This document shows, in pieces, positions 17,064-26,674 of a stretch of 64,000 nucleotides of DNA. The position numbers and the translations under genes are program-made. Origin of the DNA: an uncultured bacterium (GTDB lineage Bacteria; Patescibacteriota; Minisyncoccia; Phycocordibacterales; UBA6065); contig CAWJEP010000001.1 of NCBI GenBank assembly GCA_963841935.1, positions 74,487 through 138,486 of the forward strand, read 5' to 3'. The notes under the pieces were generated by a model. The model was not told the origin of the DNA. It was given only the letters and a program-made list of their open reading frames with translations, and made no database searches. The first letter of the stretch is position 1. The number at the start of each line of letters is the position of its first letter.

Positions 17064-18785
17064 CTACAGCATTTCATCAAGGTCAATCACTCGGCGCAAT
17101 TCGTCAAGCGAGGTCACTCCTCTCAACACTTTGACCACGCCATCTTCGCGCATATCGAGTATTCCTTGGTCTTTCGTCACCTCTTTTATCTCTCTGTCGC
17201 TCGGATTTTGCACGAGGATTTTTTCAAGCGCCTCGTCCGTAAGTATCGCCTCATAAAGTCCCGTTCGGCCTTTGTATCCCAAGTTATTGCACTTTGGACA
17301 ACCGACGGGTTGATACATAACACTCGCGTCAACGCCTGTTACGAGTGATTTGTCTTTTATTCCTGCGAGGACGGTATCTATGGTTTTTTTCGCGTCGCCC
17401 TCCACGGCGACTTTTTTCTTGCAATACGGACAAAGTTTTCGCACGAGACGCTGGGCCAGAGAAATATTTATGGCCGAAGTCATGACTTTTGGGTTTACGC
17501 CGAGGTCAATTAAACGCGGATACGTGCCGGCGGCGTCATTTGTGTGGAGCGTTGAAAAAACCAAATGTCCTGTGAGGGAAGAATTTATGGCAATGCTGGC
17601 CGTATCGGCGTCTCGGATTTCGCCGACCATTATAACGTCCGGGTCTTGCCGAAGCGCCGACCGGAGTCCGGAAGCGAATGTGTAATCATTGCGTTCCGAT
17701 TCTTCGTCTTCTTTTGTTCGTTGTCTTGCCGTGTGGACTTGTGTTTGAACGATTCCCGGCAAATGGTATTCTATCGGGTCTTCAATGGTAATTATTTTTA
17801 TTTCCGGAGAATATATTTTTCGGAGAAACGCGTATAGGGTAGTTGTTTTTCCTGAACCCGTCGGGCCGGTGGTGAGTATCATGCCGTTTGGTCTGTCTAT
17901 TTCTTTGAGCAAGATTTTCAGAAGTTTTTCCGGAATGCCGAGGTCTTCCAGGGGTACTTGTATTGATTTGGGGTTTAGAATACGCATGACAATTGACTCA
18001 TCGTAAGCCCCGGGAAGAATGGAAGTCCTGATTTCTATTTCATCGGCGCCGATTTTCACGCTGAAACGCCCATCCTGCGCTTCGTTTTTCACATTGAGCT
18101 TCAAACCGGACAGAAGTTTTATGCGCGAGAGTAAAAGTCCAAAAGTTTCTTTGTCGAACATCAAAATATCGGTGAGCACGCCATCGAGACGATACCTCAG
18201 ACGCACGTTTTCTTCCTCCGGTTCTATGTGCACGTCTGAAGCATCCGTTGCGAGTCCGCCGGATAGCACTATTTCCAATATTTTGGAAATCCTGAAACTT
18301 CTTTTTAATTTAATAACATCGCCTATGAGTTTTTTCACGTCCCCAATGGACTTTATCTGTGACATAAATTGCTCTATGTCGTAAGTGGAAATATCCAAAA
18401 CACCAGCCGAGGTTTCTTTGGAGAAAGAAAGGTCGGCGTAACGCGCCCAAACTTTTTCCAAGCTTTTTGGGGACGCTATGGCGACCGTAACCTCATATCC
18501 TTTGTCCGAAAGCCCGTTTATTACCTCTTTGGCTTTCAAATTTGTCGGCGAAAGGACGGCAATTTTTACTTTTTTGCCTATTTGGTTTGCCGGCGCCATT
18601 TGGGCTTCGCGCGCGACTTTCTCCGGTATGAGACGCAGAGAGTCCATGTCTACAGGTACGGCCGAAAGGTCAATATATTCAAGTTCGAAACGGCCGGCGA
18701 CGTCGCGCGCCAAATCCTCCTCCTCTTTTTCTTTCAGCTCGCCAAGTTTTCTGTTCTGTTTATCTTCGTCGAATTGGACTGCCAT
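17064..18785 (-). CDS. pilB: type II/IV secretion system ATPase, PilB/GspE family
   Basis: It has an N-terminal GSPII_E_N-like region. Walker A is LTTGPTGSGKTTTLYAFL, with Asp box and Walker B (MVGEIRD). The tetracysteine motif is CPYCKKK...CPKCNNLGYKGRTGLYE. Confidence 0.85.
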   Translation of the reverse strand: MAVQFDEDKQNRKLGELKEKEEEDLARDVAGRFELEYIDLSAVPVDMDSLRLIPEKVAREAQMAPANQIGKKVKIAVLSPTNLKAKEVINGLSDKGYEVTVAIASPKSLEKVWARYADLSFSKETSAGVLDISTYDIEQFMSQIKSIGDVKKLIGDVIKLKRSFRISKILEIVLSGGLATDASDVHIEPEEENVRLRYRLDGVLTDILMFDKETFGLLLSRIKLLSGLKLNVKNEAQDGRFSVKIGADEIEIRTSILPGAYDESIVMRILNPKSIQVPLEDLGIPEKLLKILLKEIDRPNGMILTTGPTGSGKTTTLYAFLRKIYSPEIKIITIEDPIEYHLPGIVQTQVHTARQRTKEDEESERNDYTFASGLRSALRQDPDVIMVGEIRDADTASIAINSSLTGHLVFSTLHTNDAAGTYPRLIDLGVNPKVMTSAINISLAQRLVRKLCPYCKKKVAVEGDAKKTIDTVLAGIKDKSLVTGVDASVMYQPVGCPKCNNLGYKGRTGLYEAILTDEALEKILVQNPSDREIKEVTKDQGILDMREDGVVKVLRGVTSLDELRRVIDLDEML

Positions 18786-18909
18786 AGCCGAATTGTAGCG
18801 TGTTTAAGCCGTATAGCATACCTATTGACAATATATACATATATGATACAATAGAAAAGTGGAGCAATTTTCACAAGAACAGAAACACTAAAACGAAGGT
18901 AATTCAGTC

Positions 18910-19203
18910 ATGAAGATTTACAACACGGTTCTTTTCATCGTCATTTGCGTCGCGACACTGTCTTCCGGTGGTTGTCTTTGCGTGACACCGGTAGGCTACG
19001 AGCCAGTGCAGTACATGGCGCCGGTAGTCGATGTAGACTCGGGTTTCTATTACTACAATGGTTACTACTACGGCTACGGGTATCGCCATTATGGTGGTCG
19101 GTCACACAATCGAAGGCCGGCAGGCAACGGCAACGGACACAGAGCCTCGACTACTACGACAAAGGGGACCGTTCGCACCCAGTCGACAAGCTCAAAACAC
19201 TGA
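18910..19203 (+). CDS. small secreted Tyr/Gly-rich protein (YYYNGYYYGYGYRHYGG) with signal peptide
   Basis: A GAAGGT Shine-Dalgarno lies 8 nt upstream. The N-terminus is hydrophobic with a Cys after SSGG (lipobox-like). A GC-rich hairpin follows at 19225-19250. Confidence 0.4.
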   Translation: MKIYNTVLFIVICVATLSSGGCLCVTPVGYEPVQYMAPVVDVDSGFYYYNGYYYGYGYRHYGGRSHNRRPAGNGNGHRASTTTTKGTVRTQSTSSKH

Positions 19204-19278
19204 CCAGCGTAAATGAAGTTTCGGGGCCCCGGCGTTTATCGCTCGGGGCCTCTTAGTTTTATCTGATAAAATGTATGT

Positions 19279-19710
19279 ATGATTTCTCATTCACTCGCCG
19301 AAACAGAAAAAATAGCGAAAAACTTTGCCAAAGATTTAATCACGCGAGGTAAAAAAAAGACCGCGACGATTGTCGGACTTTATGGAGATTTAGGTTCCGG
19401 CAAGACGGCTTTCGTTCAATCGGCGGCGAAAATATTCGGTGTTGAGGAAGTCGTGAGTCCGACATTTATAATAGAGAGGATTTATAAAACTAACGACGAT
19501 ATTTTTTCCACACTAATACACATTGACGCGTATCGGTTGGACAATGGCGAGGATTTGAAAAAACTCGGCTTCGAAAAAATCTTGAAAGACCCTTCGGCAC
19601 TTATTTTTATCGAGTGGCCGGAGCGCGTGGCCGAAATTTTACCCGACCACATCCGCGTCATGTGCGAATTTGTTTCGGAGAAAGAAAGAAAATATGAAAT
19701 CATTTTCTAA
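19279..19710 (+). CDS. tsaE: tRNA threonylcarbamoyladenosine biosynthesis protein TsaE
   Basis: The P-loop is LYGDLGSGKTAFVQ in a protein of about 140 aa, the typical YjeE/TsaE length. Confidence 0.8.
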   Translation: MISHSLAETEKIAKNFAKDLITRGKKKTATIVGLYGDLGSGKTAFVQSAAKIFGVEEVVSPTFIIERIYKTNDDIFSTLIHIDAYRLDNGEDLKKLGFEKILKDPSALIFIEWPERVAEILPDHIRVMCEFVSEKERKYEIIF

Positions 19711-22108
19711 AAAACTTATTCTTCTCGATTCTCACGCGATTTTGCATCGCGCTTATCACGCTTTGCCTGATTTTTCCACGGCCGCCGGGGTGCCGACCGG
19801 CGCGCTTTACGGACTCTCGCTAATGCTTTTGCGGATTATCGAGGATTTCAAACCGGACTACATTGTCGCGGCTTACGATTTGCCGAAACCAACATATCGT
19901 CATGAAGCGTTTAAGGATTACAAAGCCGGTCGGGCAAAAACAGACGAAGCTTTGATTGAGCAAATAAAAAATTCCAGGAAAATTTTCGACGCATTCAATG
20001 TTCCGATTTATGACAAAGAGGGTTTTGAGGCAGATGATGTTATAGGCACAATCGTGGAAAATACGAAAAAAGACAAAAACCTAGAGGTTGTTATTGCTTC
20101 CGGCGACATGGACACGCTCCAGCTCGTAAGCGGAGAAAAAGTGGAGGTTTTTACCCTGAAGAAAGGTATTAAAGACACTATTTTATATGACGAAGGAGCC
20201 GTGAAAAAAAGGTTTAGTTTCGGTCCGGAACTTATAACGGATTACAAGGGACTGCGTGGCGACCCTTCGGATAATATTCCAGGAATCAAGGGTATTGGAG
20301 AAAAAACCGCGACAATTCTCATATCGAATTTTGGCACAATAGAAAAAATCTACTCGGAACTTAAAAAAGGTGACGAGAAATTCCTGAAAGCAAAAATCAC
20401 GCCGAGAATCATTGAGCTTTTGAGAAACGGCGAGGAAGACGCGGAATTTTCGAAAATGCTCGCTACTATCCGCCGCGACGCCCCGATAAATTTTTCCTTA
20501 CCGAAAAAAACTTTCACGGAAAATATAGATTTTAAGAAAATCGATACGCTTTTTTCGGAACTTGAGTTTAGAACGCTTGGGCCGAGGTTGAGAAATATTT
20601 TGGGTAAAACCGAGGTAGGAGTGCCCGCCGGCGAGCGCGTAGTCTTAGCAGAGTCTTCGGAGCGCACAAGCGAGCCGGCGGGCACTCCGAACGAGGTTGT
20701 AGATCAACAGAAACTCAAAGAAGCCCAAGTGATGCTTTGGCTCGTCAATTCAAATATCAGTGACCCGAAACTCGAAGATATTTTTGCCCACACGAATACG
20801 GAAAATTTTTTTGAGGCTTATGAAAAACTCTCGAAGGAAATTGCAGAGAAAAAACTTTCTTTGGTTTACGGAGAAATAGAAAAGCCACTTATTCCGATAG
20901 TGGAAAAAATGAATGCCGTTGGCGTGAAATTGGATACGGAAATTTTGAAAAAGTTATCGGTCGAATACGGCAAGGAGGCAAAAAATCTTGAAGAAAAAAT
21001 CTGGTCGGCCGCGGGCAAAGAGTTCAACATTAATTCACCAAAACAACTCGGTGAAATTCTTTTTGTCACACTTGGTTTGAAAGCCAAAAACCAAAAGAAA
21101 ACATCGGGTGGAGCTTTTTCGACGAAAGAATCTGAGCTGGAAAAATTGCGCGACGAGCACCCGATTATCGAAAACATCCTGAATTATCGGGAGTTAAAGA
21201 AACTTTTGGGCACCTACATAGAACCCATGCCGACTTTGGTAGATAAAGACTCTCGGCTTCATGCTACTTTCATTCAGACTGGCACTACCACAGGCAGAAT
21301 GTCGTCGGAAAATCCGAATTTGCAGAATATTCCTAACAAAAACGAGCTTGGACAAAATATTCGCCGAGCTTTCGTCGCCGAAAGTGGAAACGAACTCCTA
21401 TCCTTGGATTATTCACAGGTAGAATTGCGCATAGCGGCGTTTCTTTCCGGTGATAAGAAGCTTATTTCTATTTTCAAAAACGGCGAGGACGTACACACCG
21501 CCGTGGCGGCAGAAGTTTTCAGCGTGGCGCAAAAAGACGTGACGAAAGAAATGCGCCGCCGCGCCAAAGTCATCAATTTCGGCGTGATGTACGGCATGGG
21601 AGTAAACGCTCTAAGGATAAATCTCGGCACCGACCGCGCGGCGGCGCAAAAATTCCTGACGGATTATTTCGAAAAATTCTCCGGTCTCGCTTCCTATTTG
21701 GAGAAAATAAAAAAAGAAGCCGCGGAACGCGGTTACACAGAGACTTTGTTCGGCCGGCGCAGGTATTTTGAAGGTATAAAATCCAAAGTGCCATTTATTA
21801 GGGCTTCCGCAGAACGCATGGCGATAAACGCGCCGATTCAAGGAACCGAAGCGGATATTGTGAAGTTGGCGATGATAAAACTAGACGAACTTATTCGATC
21901 CGAATCGCTCGAAAACAAGGCGAGACTCATTCTCCAAGTCCACGACGAACTTGTTTACGAAATCGAAAAGGGAATAGCGCCGAAAATCATGCCGAAAATT
22001 AAAAAAATAATGGAGTCCGTCGTTCCTTTGGAAAAATCCCACGGCATTGTCTGTGTCGCCGAAGCCAAAGTCGGGGACAACTGGCAAGATATGGAGGAGT
22101 TAAAATAA
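19694..22108 (+). CDS. polA: DNA polymerase I (5'-3' exonuclease + polymerase domains)
   Basis: The 5' nuclease N-terminus is KKLILLDSHAILHRAYHAL. The polymerase motifs are RRAKVINFGVMYGMG and QVHDELVYE. The start is taken at the internal ATG 19694; the listed ORF begins at 19670. Confidence 0.9.
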   Translation: MKSFSKKLILLDSHAILHRAYHALPDFSTAAGVPTGALYGLSLMLLRIIEDFKPDYIVAAYDLPKPTYRHEAFKDYKAGRAKTDEALIEQIKNSRKIFDAFNVPIYDKEGFEADDVIGTIVENTKKDKNLEVVIASGDMDTLQLVSGEKVEVFTLKKGIKDTILYDEGAVKKRFSFGPELITDYKGLRGDPSDNIPGIKGIGEKTATILISNFGTIEKIYSELKKGDEKFLKAKITPRIIELLRNGEEDAEFSKMLATIRRDAPINFSLPKKTFTENIDFKKIDTLFSELEFRTLGPRLRNILGKTEVGVPAGERVVLAESSERTSEPAGTPNEVVDQQKLKEAQVMLWLVNSNISDPKLEDIFAHTNTENFFEAYEKLSKEIAEKKLSLVYGEIEKPLIPIVEKMNAVGVKLDTEILKKLSVEYGKEAKNLEEKIWSAAGKEFNINSPKQLGEILFVTLGLKAKNQKKTSGGAFSTKESELEKLRDEHPIIENILNYRELKKLLGTYIEPMPTLVDKDSRLHATFIQTGTTTGRMSSENPNLQNIPNKNELGQNIRRAFVAESGNELLSLDYSQVELRIAAFLSGDKKLISIFKNGEDVHTAVAAEVFSVAQKDVTKEMRRRAKVINFGVMYGMGVNALRINLGTDRAAAQKFLTDYFEKFSGLASYLEKIKKEAAERGYTETLFGRRRYFEGIKSKVPFIRASAERMAINAPIQGTEADIVKLAMIKLDELIRSESLENKARLILQVHDELVYEIEKGIAPKIMPKIKKIMESVVPLEKSHGIVCVAEAKVGDNWQDMEELK

Positions 22109-22112
22109 ACTC

Positions 22113-22766
22113 ATGATTTATCTTTTTTACGGGCCTGATGTTGAGACTTCACGGACAAAAGCCAGAGCGCTTTTTGAATCGCTCAGGGCTAAAAAACCAG
22201 ACGCGGCATTCGGAGAGCTTGTTGCCGAAGGACTGATCGAAGACAAAATCAAAGAACTTGTCGGCGGCCAAGGACTTTTCTCTAACAAATGCGTCATTTT
22301 CTGCGATAATATTTTTTCCGACACAGAGGCACGGGAAATCGCCGAACCATTCATTTCAGACCTCAAAGAATCGCCGAACATTTTTATTTTGCTCGAAAAA
22401 TCGCCGATAAAAAAGATTTTCGAAAAACTGGAGAAAAACGCCGAGAAATCGCAGGAGTTTGAGGGAAATAACGTCGATACTAAAAAGGAATGGAACGATT
22501 TTGCTTTGGCTAATGCTATCGGCGCTCGAAATCCGTTCAAGGCCTGGAAAGAATACCGCGTGCTTGTCGAGCGAGACCCGGAGTTCGAGAAAATTCACGG
22601 GCAGATTTTCTGGAAGGTGAAGCAGATGATTTTTTACGGGAGCCCCGTTTTTTCGTCGAAAGAACTTGTATCAATGTCTCGGACCCTCGCGATCATTTAT
22701 CATCAAGCCCATAGGGGTAATTGCGACTTCGAGCTTTCCTTGGAAAAATTTTTGCTCAAATTGTGA
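22113..22766 (+). CDS. putative DNA polymerase III delta subunit (HolA-like), short
   Basis: The N-terminus MIYLFYGPDVETSRTKARALFESL resembles HolA starts. It sits directly after polA. The assignment is tentative. Confidence 0.4.
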   Translation: MIYLFYGPDVETSRTKARALFESLRAKKPDAAFGELVAEGLIEDKIKELVGGQGLFSNKCVIFCDNIFSDTEAREIAEPFISDLKESPNIFILLEKSPIKKIFEKLEKNAEKSQEFEGNNVDTKKEWNDFALANAIGARNPFKAWKEYRVLVERDPEFEKIHGQIFWKVKQMIFYGSPVFSSKELVSMSRTLAIIYHQAHRGNCDFELSLEKFLLKL

Positions 22767-22797
22767 TTTTGTGGCTTTGTGATAATATCGTTTTATT

Positions 22798-22870
22798 CCG
22801 CCCATAGCTCAGTCGGTAGAGCAGCTCCCTTTTAAGGAGAGGGTCGTTGGTTCGATTCCAACTGGGCGGA
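22798..22870 (+). tRNA. tRNA-Lys (anticodon UUU)
   Basis: Hand-folded cloverleaf: acceptor CCGCCCA/TGGGCGG, D-arm GCTC-AGTCGGTA-GAGC, anticodon loop CTTTTAA, T-arm GTTGG-TTCGATT-CCAAC, discriminator A. No CCA is encoded. Confidence 0.85.
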
Positions 22871-22910
22871 CAATGTCTTCGACTTTAGAAATCAAAACGG
22901 CGGATCATAT

Positions 22911-23381
22911 ATGAAGCGGATTTATATCGTCCTGCCGAACCTGAGAAGCGTGTACAACGTCGGCGCGATTTTCCGAACCGCCGACGCGGTTGGTGTCTCC
23001 AAAATATATCTCTCGGGCACGACACCGACACCACTCGACAGGTTCGGAAAATCGCGCAAAGATTTTTCCAAGTCCGCTCTCGGAGCCGAGAAAAATATTG
23101 AATGGGAATACATAAGAAGTCCGCTTGTGTTGATGAAAAAACTGCGAAAGGAGAAATTCGATATTATAGCCGTTGAACAGGCGAAAAAATCGGTTGATTA
23201 CAAGAAACTTAAGCCAAACAAAAAAACGGCGATTGTTTTCGGAAACGAAACGAGGGGGATATCAAAATCACTTTTGAAAAATGTTGATACTGTCGCCGAA
23301 ATACCCATGAGGGGGACGAAGGAATCGCTAAATGTTTCCGTCGCCGCTGGGATTGTCCTCTTCAGATGGTTTGACCGATAG
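22911..23381 (+). CDS. SpoU/TrmH-family RNA 2'-O-methyltransferase (TrmL-sized, 156 aa)
   Basis: SpoU motif 1 is NVGAIFRTADAVGVSKIY. The C-terminal motifs are IVFGNETRGIS and ESLNVSVAAGIVLF. Confidence 0.75.
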   Translation: MKRIYIVLPNLRSVYNVGAIFRTADAVGVSKIYLSGTTPTPLDRFGKSRKDFSKSALGAEKNIEWEYIRSPLVLMKKLRKEKFDIIAVEQAKKSVDYKKLKPNKKTAIVFGNETRGISKSLLKNVDTVAEIPMRGTKESLNVSVAAGIVLFRWFDR

Positions 23382-23609
23382 TTATTTTTTCAAACCAGGA
23401 ACTATCACGGTTGTGGTAGCCAACGGAACGTTCTTAATCGGCACGCCGCCATATATTTGTCCCGAACCGTTTGCCGCCGGCGGTGGCTTGATAAACACGC
23501 CCTCCTGTGAAGTCGCGCGGTTTGGACCGTTGGTGAAAAGCCACAAACAGAAAACCGCCGCAAAAATGATAAAGAAGAAACCGATTTCTTTCCAAACTTC
23601 TTCTGACAT
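23382..23609 (-). CDS. small single-TM protein downstream of fpg (75 aa)
   Basis: The TM helix is IGFFFIIFAAVFCLWLF. It competes with an overlapping + strand ORF, 23332..23625. Confidence 0.3.
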   Translation of the reverse strand: MSEEVWKEIGFFFIIFAAVFCLWLFTNGPNRATSQEGVFIKPPPAANGSGQIYGGVPIKNVPLATTTVIVPGLKK

Positions 23610-23616
23610 AATTGAA

Positions 23617-24534
23617 TTATATTAGTTTTTGGTGTTTATCGCAAAAATGTGCACTTCTGCCACCAACCTTGATTCGCCTGATTATTCCGGCGCAACCGCT
23701 CTTTCTACATTTTTCTCCCGTGCGTTGGTATGCTTCATGGCGCAATTGAAACTTACCTTTTTCGCCTAAAATATTTCTGTAATCCGACATCGAGTCACCA
23801 CCGAAATTCATCCCGAGTCGAAGAACCTTTTTCATAGCCCAAAAAAGCCCTTGCGCTTTTTTGGGCGTGACCTTATTTATTTTTTGGAGCGGATGGATTC
23901 CGGCGCGCCAAAGCATTTCGTCCGAGTAAATATTTCCGATGCCGGAAATCACGGACGAGTCCATCAAAGTCTTTTTTATTGGCCAGTTTGGCTTTGTTCG
24001 CAATCGCCCAATAAATTTTTCAAAAGTCAGTTTTGGATCGAGGGCGTCCGGGCCATGTTCTTCCAAGTGCTCTGATTTTTCTATGCCTCGCGTTTCTTCT
24101 ATCGAAACTCGCGCGAATTTTCTCATATCGGAAAGAGCCAGCGATTTTTCGTCCGAAAGAGAAAAAATCAAATGGACGAATCTGTTGAAGGGGTCGTCTT
24201 TAAGCGGTCCAGCGCCGGTCGCCAACCATTTATTTTCTTTTTTATCGAATTTGTATTTACCATAAAGTAAATGGCCGGTCATTTTCATATGAATAAGTAT
24301 TGTTTTGCCGTCGGAAAGATTTATCAGAACATTTTTTCCTACTCTTTTTGCCCCAATGATTTTTTTTCCGACGACCACGCGCTTAAATTTCTTGAAATAC
24401 TTTGGATTTTTTATGTTGTCTTTTCCGGCGTGAAAGGAACTGTTGTAATCAGTCCAAACTTTACGGACCGTAAGTCCGCTCATATACTTTTTTATTCCGT
24501 TTACCGTTGTTTGAACCTCCGGAAGTTCTGGCAT
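23617..24534 (-). CDS. mutM: formamidopyrimidine-DNA glycosylase (Fpg/MutM)
   Basis: The N-terminus is MPELPEVQT, carrying the catalytic Pro2 and Glu3. There is a helix-two-turn-helix region and a C-terminal zinc finger CRKSGCAGIIRRIKVGGRSAHFCDKHQK. Confidence 0.9.
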   Translation of the reverse strand: MPELPEVQTTVNGIKKYMSGLTVRKVWTDYNSSFHAGKDNIKNPKYFKKFKRVVVGKKIIGAKRVGKNVLINLSDGKTILIHMKMTGHLLYGKYKFDKKENKWLATGAGPLKDDPFNRFVHLIFSLSDEKSLALSDMRKFARVSIEETRGIEKSEHLEEHGPDALDPKLTFEKFIGRLRTKPNWPIKKTLMDSSVISGIGNIYSDEMLWRAGIHPLQKINKVTPKKAQGLFWAMKKVLRLGMNFGGDSMSDYRNILGEKGKFQLRHEAYQRTGEKCRKSGCAGIIRRIKVGGRSAHFCDKHQKLI

Positions 24535-24535
24535 T

Positions 24536-25786
24536 TTATTTCAAAATTTTTCTTAATTCCTCCTGTGCCACGGAGGAATCGCTCCACGGTATTTTGCTTC
24601 CGTTCGCGGTCATTATGTATGGGTCCGTGCCTTTGCCGGTGATGAGAACCGCGTCGCCGGATTTAGCCAGAGAAATGGCCTTATTTATAGCTATTCTTCT
24701 GTCCATTATGACAAGCGGCTTCGCGTCAGGAATTGCCGCCGCCATTCCCTCGACAATTTTCTGCGGGTCATCATCATAAGGGTCTTCGTTGGTGAGGATT
24801 ATTTCGTCACATTCTTTTTCGGCGATTTTCGCCATTTTGTCTCTTTTCCAAACATCGCGGCCGCCGCCGGTATTGCCGAGGACGCAGATTCGGCGGCGGC
24901 CTTTGAATGCGTCATACAAAGCCTGAAGCGATTCCGGCGTGTGGGCATAATCGACGACGACATCGAAATTTTGTCCCTCTTTTATCCGTTCCACACGACC
25001 AGGAATGTACGAAAATTTTTCCAAGGCCGCCACTATTTTCTCTTTCGGTATGCCTTGGGTTTCGGCGTATGTAACGGCGGCAAGTACATTCATCATATTG
25101 AAATCGCCGGTGAGAGGCGTCTTGTAACCTTTCGTGTCGGAAAGGGAAAAAGTCAGCTTTCCGCCGAAATTTTTGGCCAAAAATTTCGGCGTTTCTTTGT
25201 CGTCCGCGTTTCCGACGAAAATAGTTTTCGGTTTTTTCGATCTTACGACAGCGTCGGCTATGGAAAGCTTGGCCGCGACATAATTTTCATATGAGCCGTG
25301 AGCCTCGATGTGTTCTGGCGCCAAGTTTGTGAATATGAGTCCGTCAAAATCTATAAATCTGTGTCGGAAAAGTTCCGCACCTTGGCTGGTCACTTCCAAA
25401 ATCGCATAATCACATTTCGCGTCCACGGCGTGCCGCAAAAATCTTTGGACGAAAAATCTTCCGGGCATAGACATCTTATACATATTCGGTCGCGACTCAC
25501 TTCCAATTTTAAATCTGATGGTGTTTGAGACAGCGGTTTTATATCCAGCTTCCTCAAGAATCGCGTTTAAGATTTCCGTCACGGAACTTTTTCCTTTCGT
25601 CCCCGTGACGGCAATGACTTTTATATGTCGAGAAGGCCCGCCTCGACTCGACGTCTTCGGCGAGGCGGGGAAGCGATATACAACCGCCGAAAGAAAGGCC
25701 AAGGAGAAATGATACGCCGGAGCGAATGCCGAAAAAATCTTTGCCGGTATAAATTTCTTGGTCTTTTGGAGGAATGTGTCCATCAT
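24536..25786 (-). CDS. murE: Mur ligase family protein, MurE-like (UDP-MurNAc-dipeptide:diamino-acid ligase), short N-terminal domain
   Basis: The P-loop is VTGTKGKSS. DYAHTPESL and the downstream VLGNTGGGRDVWKRDKMAKIAEK..ILTNEDPYDDDP block are MurE-like; here EDPYD replaces the DNPR motif. The N-terminal region contains palindromic repeat copy 1. Confidence 0.75.
   Translation of the reverse strand: MMDTFLQKTKKFIPAKIFSAFAPAYHFSLAFLSAVVYRFPASPKTSSRGGPSRHIKVIAVTGTKGKSSVTEILNAILEEAGYKTAVSNTIRFKIGSESRPNMYKMSMPGRFFVQRFLRHAVDAKCDYAILEVTSQGAELFRHRFIDFDGLIFTNLAPEHIEAHGSYENYVAAKLSIADAVVRSKKPKTIFVGNADDKETPKFLAKNFGGKLTFSLSDTKGYKTPLTGDFNMMNVLAAVTYAETQGIPKEKIVAALEKFSYIPGRVERIKEGQNFDVVVDYAHTPESLQALYDAFKGRRRICVLGNTGGGRDVWKRDKMAKIAEKECDEIILTNEDPYDDDPQKIVEGMAAAIPDAKPLVIMDRRIAINKAISLAKSGDAVLITGKGTDPYIMTANGSKIPWSDSSVAQEELRKILK
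25637..25669. repeat. GC-rich palindromic repeat, copy 1 (cccgcctcgactcgacgtcttcggcgaggcggg), inside the murE 5' coding region
   Basis: It is a 9-bp perfect inverted repeat, CCCGCCTCG...CGAGGCGGG, with a 15-nt spacer. It shares 32 of 33 positions with copy 2 at 54440-54472. It encodes PASPKTSSRGGPS in murE. Confidence 0.8.
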
Positions 25787-25787
25787 A

Positions 25788-26354
25788 TTATTTACCCAGA
25801 ATTTTCAAGGCTTTTTTCACTCGTTCGCCGGTATCCGTGACTTTGTCACCGACTTTTTCCAGAGCTTCGCGAGATTCGGCGTGGCCGAAACCGAGAGATT
25901 TGAGCGCCTCGAGAGCGTCGGCCTCGTCGGCCGGCATAAGGCCGCCGTCTTCACCATCAAGCTTGCCTTTGAGTTCCAAAATAATTTTGTCCGCTAATTT
26001 CTTGCCGATGCCGGAAACACGCGTGAGGTGCGCCGTGTCGCCGGAGAAAACCGCACGACGCAAAGCTTGGGCAGATGAGACATTCAGAATATTTAACGCT
26101 GATTTTGGACCGACGCCGGAGACGGCTGAGACCAAAAGCTCGAACAAATCCAAGTCCTCTTTCGTCAAAAATCCGTACAAAGTTTGAGAATCTTCTCTGA
26201 CCGCGAAGTGCGTCCAAAGGGAAATGTTATTTCCGTCTTTCACGCCGCCGAGCGTTTTGCCCGTGACGAAAACCTTATAACCGATATCGCCAACTTCCAC
26301 GACGAGAGATTTTCCGTCTTTATATATGATTGTTCCTGAAATATGGGAAATCAT
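25788..26354 (-). CDS. ruvA: Holliday junction DNA helicase RuvA
   Basis: The N-terminal OB domain is MISHISGTIIYKDGKSLVVEVGDIGYKVFV. The helix-hairpin-helix motifs are GVGPKSALNIL and GIGKKLADKII. A C-terminal domain is present. The stop abuts the murE start. Confidence 0.85.
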   Translation of the reverse strand: MISHISGTIIYKDGKSLVVEVGDIGYKVFVTGKTLGGVKDGNNISLWTHFAVREDSQTLYGFLTKEDLDLFELLVSAVSGVGPKSALNILNVSSAQALRRAVFSGDTAHLTRVSGIGKKLADKIILELKGKLDGEDGGLMPADEADALEALKSLGFGHAESREALEKVGDKVTDTGERVKKALKILGK

Positions 26355-26410
26355 ATCTAAATCATATACCATTTGCCTTTTCCAGTCCTTTTTGTTAATC
26401 TCACCTCACA

Positions 26411-26674
26411 ATGCCGATAACAAGTTCAGCGAAAAAAGCTCTCCGCGCCAGCAAACGCAAGCGCATCTATAACATTCGCCACCGCGATTCTTTTGCCGAT
26501 GTCATAAAGAAAATAGAGAAGCTCGCCGTCGTCAAAAACGTGAAAGAAGCCATGAAACTTCTTCCGCTCGCTTACAAAGAAATAGACAAAGCGGCCAAGA
26601 CCGGTTTTATAAAGAAAAACAATGCGGCTCGCAAGAAATCCCGCCTTTCGGCTCTCATCAAGAAAATAAAATAA
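26411..26674 (+). CDS. rpsT: 30S ribosomal protein S20
   Basis: The sequence MPITSSAKKALRASKRKRIYNIRHRDSF...AARKKSRLSALIKK shows the typical S20 basic helical pattern. Confidence 0.9.
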   Translation: MPITSSAKKALRASKRKRIYNIRHRDSFADVIKKIEKLAVVKNVKEAMKLLPLAYKEIDKAAKTGFIKKNNAARKKSRLSALIKKIK

